Below, piece after piece: positions 62,059 through 64,000 of a stretch of 64,000 bases of DNA. The notes under the pieces were generated by a model. It did not search any database. It was not told where the DNA came from and saw only the letters and a list, made by a program, of their open reading frames with translations. Origin of the DNA: Microthyrium microscopicum (taxonomy: Eukaryota); contig MU004235.1 of the NCBI GenBank assembly GCA_010405405.1, positions 1,871,539-1,935,538 on the forward strand. Direction: 5' to 3'. Positions within the stretch are counted from its first letter, which is position 1. Each line of letters begins with the position of its first letter. A program made the translations under genes and the position numbers.

Positions 62059-63872
62059 ATGGCTACTCACGACGGGCATATCCCAGAAAAGGTATTTCTT
62101 ATCCATCATCAAAGTCCATTAGGCCACCCAACGTACTTACACACGTCCAGGAGCGACATGAAATTGAAGAAGAGCTCCATACGGAGCTTTTGCCCGGCAC
62201 TGAAATCATGGCCGACGTTGGGAGACACAGCTTCGTTAAAAGCGGCGATGCATCCCACCGGGTCCTCGTGCCTCAACCGACAGATAATCCCCACGATCCC
62301 TTGAATTGGACACCCTTCTGGAAACTCGCTGCCATCACCGCCGCCTCCTGGGTGACATTTACCCAAGGTTTCGCGCCCCTCTCACTCGCGCCACAGTTTC
62401 CCTATTACATGAAGGAATTTGATCGCAGTCTCGCCGATGTCGTGCAATTCACCGGCGTATGCATCCTCGTCTTAGGCTTCTCCAATTTCATTTGGGTGCC
62501 TCTCAGCACGTCCTTCGGTAGACGGCCGGTGTATATTGCAAGCCAGTGTGTCTGTTTTGGATCGATGATTTGGCGTGCAAAAGCGACAAGTTATGGGAGT
62601 TTTATGGGGGCTTGTGTGCTCAATGGTATTGGCGCGGGGCCGTGTGAGACGATTCAGCCGGCGGTTATTGCGGATATGTTCTTTTTGCATGTTCGGGGTA
62701 GGTGGAATACTCTGTATTGGGTTGTGTATATGGGGAGTTTGATGGTTGCGCCGATTATCTCGGGAAGCATGGCGGAGCATTCTGGGTGGCGGTCATTTTG
62801 GTGGTATGTATGACTTGTATTGTTTAGATCACTTGAGACTAATAAGTGTGTATAGGCTGAACGTAGGGATGACTGGGTTGAGCATTCTTCTGTGCATATT
62901 CTTATTTCCCGAGACGAAATGGGATCGGCGAGAGAACCCTCTGGCAGACTTGGACAAGAATAATGCATTCAAGGAGAAGAACGATGTAGCAGACGGGAAC
63001 GATGCAGGTTCTGCGCCTATTGAAGCTCTGACTACAGCAGATGTGATCGAGCGCGATCCATATCTGGGTAAAGGGACACCTAGTAAAGCGCAATTCCGAT
63101 TTTTCACACCCAACGCCAACCCTTGGAGGAATATGGGTTTAGATCTCTGGATCCCATGGAAACTATTTGCCTTCCCCATTGTCGAATTCGCCAGCTTCGT
63201 TGTTAGTTGGAGTTGCAGCTCTTTCCTTACCATCAATCTCACACAATCTCAAGTGCTCGCGGCACCGCCTTACAACTGGAGTGCTCAGAATATCGGCTTC
63301 ACTAACTTCGCTATCCTAATCGGCGCCTTCATTGGCCTTGCTACAGCTGGTCCATTTTCAGATTGGATCTCCGACCGAGCAACCCGGCGAAATGGAGGCA
63401 TTCGAGAACCAGAGATGCGGTTACCAGCTCTAATCCCATACGTGATCATCATGTATCTCGGCAACATTATTGTTTCCGTGGGCTATCAAAATCACTGGCC
63501 ATGGCAAGCCATCGTTGTAATCGGATTTGCTTGTGCTGGCATCCAAGTTGCAGCGATTCCAGCCATTGTCAGCACATATGCTGTTGACAGTTATAAACCA
63601 GTCGCTGGAAGCTTATTCGTTAGTATAACGGTCAACAAGAATGTATGGGGATATGGATTCTCGAAATTTATCACGCCTTGGAGTGAAGAAGCTGGGTAAG
63701 ATAATGAGATGCACTTCGTATAGGGACGATGCTAACAATGACAAGATTCATCAAGCCGATTATGACAAACGGAACTTTGACTTTGGTATGGTGTCTCTTT
63801 GGCATCCTGTTCTTCTATTATGGCAAAACATTCCGACGCTGGACGAGAAAAAGCAACGTCCATAGGCTATAA
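62059..63872 (+). CDS. MFS transporter (HOL1-like), 4 exons
   Basis: LVPQPTDNPHDPLNW, FGRRPVY, IADMFFLHVRG and GIREPEMRL; last exon ends GKTFRRWTRKSNVHRL*. Confidence 0.9.
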
Positions 63873-64000
63873 ACATGAAATCGAGGCTCGAAATTGTGAT
63901 GGAAAAGAGTTAACAAGATGTCTCATGGACTTGTAGATCCGAATATGTAGTGTGGGAATCATATTCTAACCAACACGAGACTTTCAGAGGAATTGCAGCT

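Overview
Intron-rich genomic DNA from a filamentous ascomycete (Pezizomycotina inferred from the RRP9, Rsm26, DAHP synthase and GH3 genes; species not determined), with about 30 protein-coding genes. No rRNA, tRNA, CRISPR array or intact transposon was recognised. Conserved genes: beta-carbonic anhydrase, AA9 LPMO, NCS1 permease, RRP9, a WD40 protein, a CorA-domain protein, a Nudix hydrolase, a GNAT, Rsm26, an OPT transporter, Phe-type DAHP synthase, GH3 beta-xylosidase and an MFS transporter. The most unusual feature is a co-oriented minus-strand array (6.5-22.7 kb) of five divergent F-box-like/LRR-like paralogs starting 'MHRAL.IPE', plus a truncated sixth relic, facing an F-box-ankyrin gene. 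Their motif pattern resembles a family I know mainly from Agaricomycete basidiomycetes. One copy lacks the shared intron and has two private introns. Other oddities: a NEDD8/Rub1-like protein that ends LALRG-stop (no di-Gly) with a candidate 3-nt microexon, four small secreted Cys-containing proteins (two share a VTKxCCxxVK core), a HET-domain gene and an atypical kinase-like gene. Exon boundaries were read by eye; no database searches were run.
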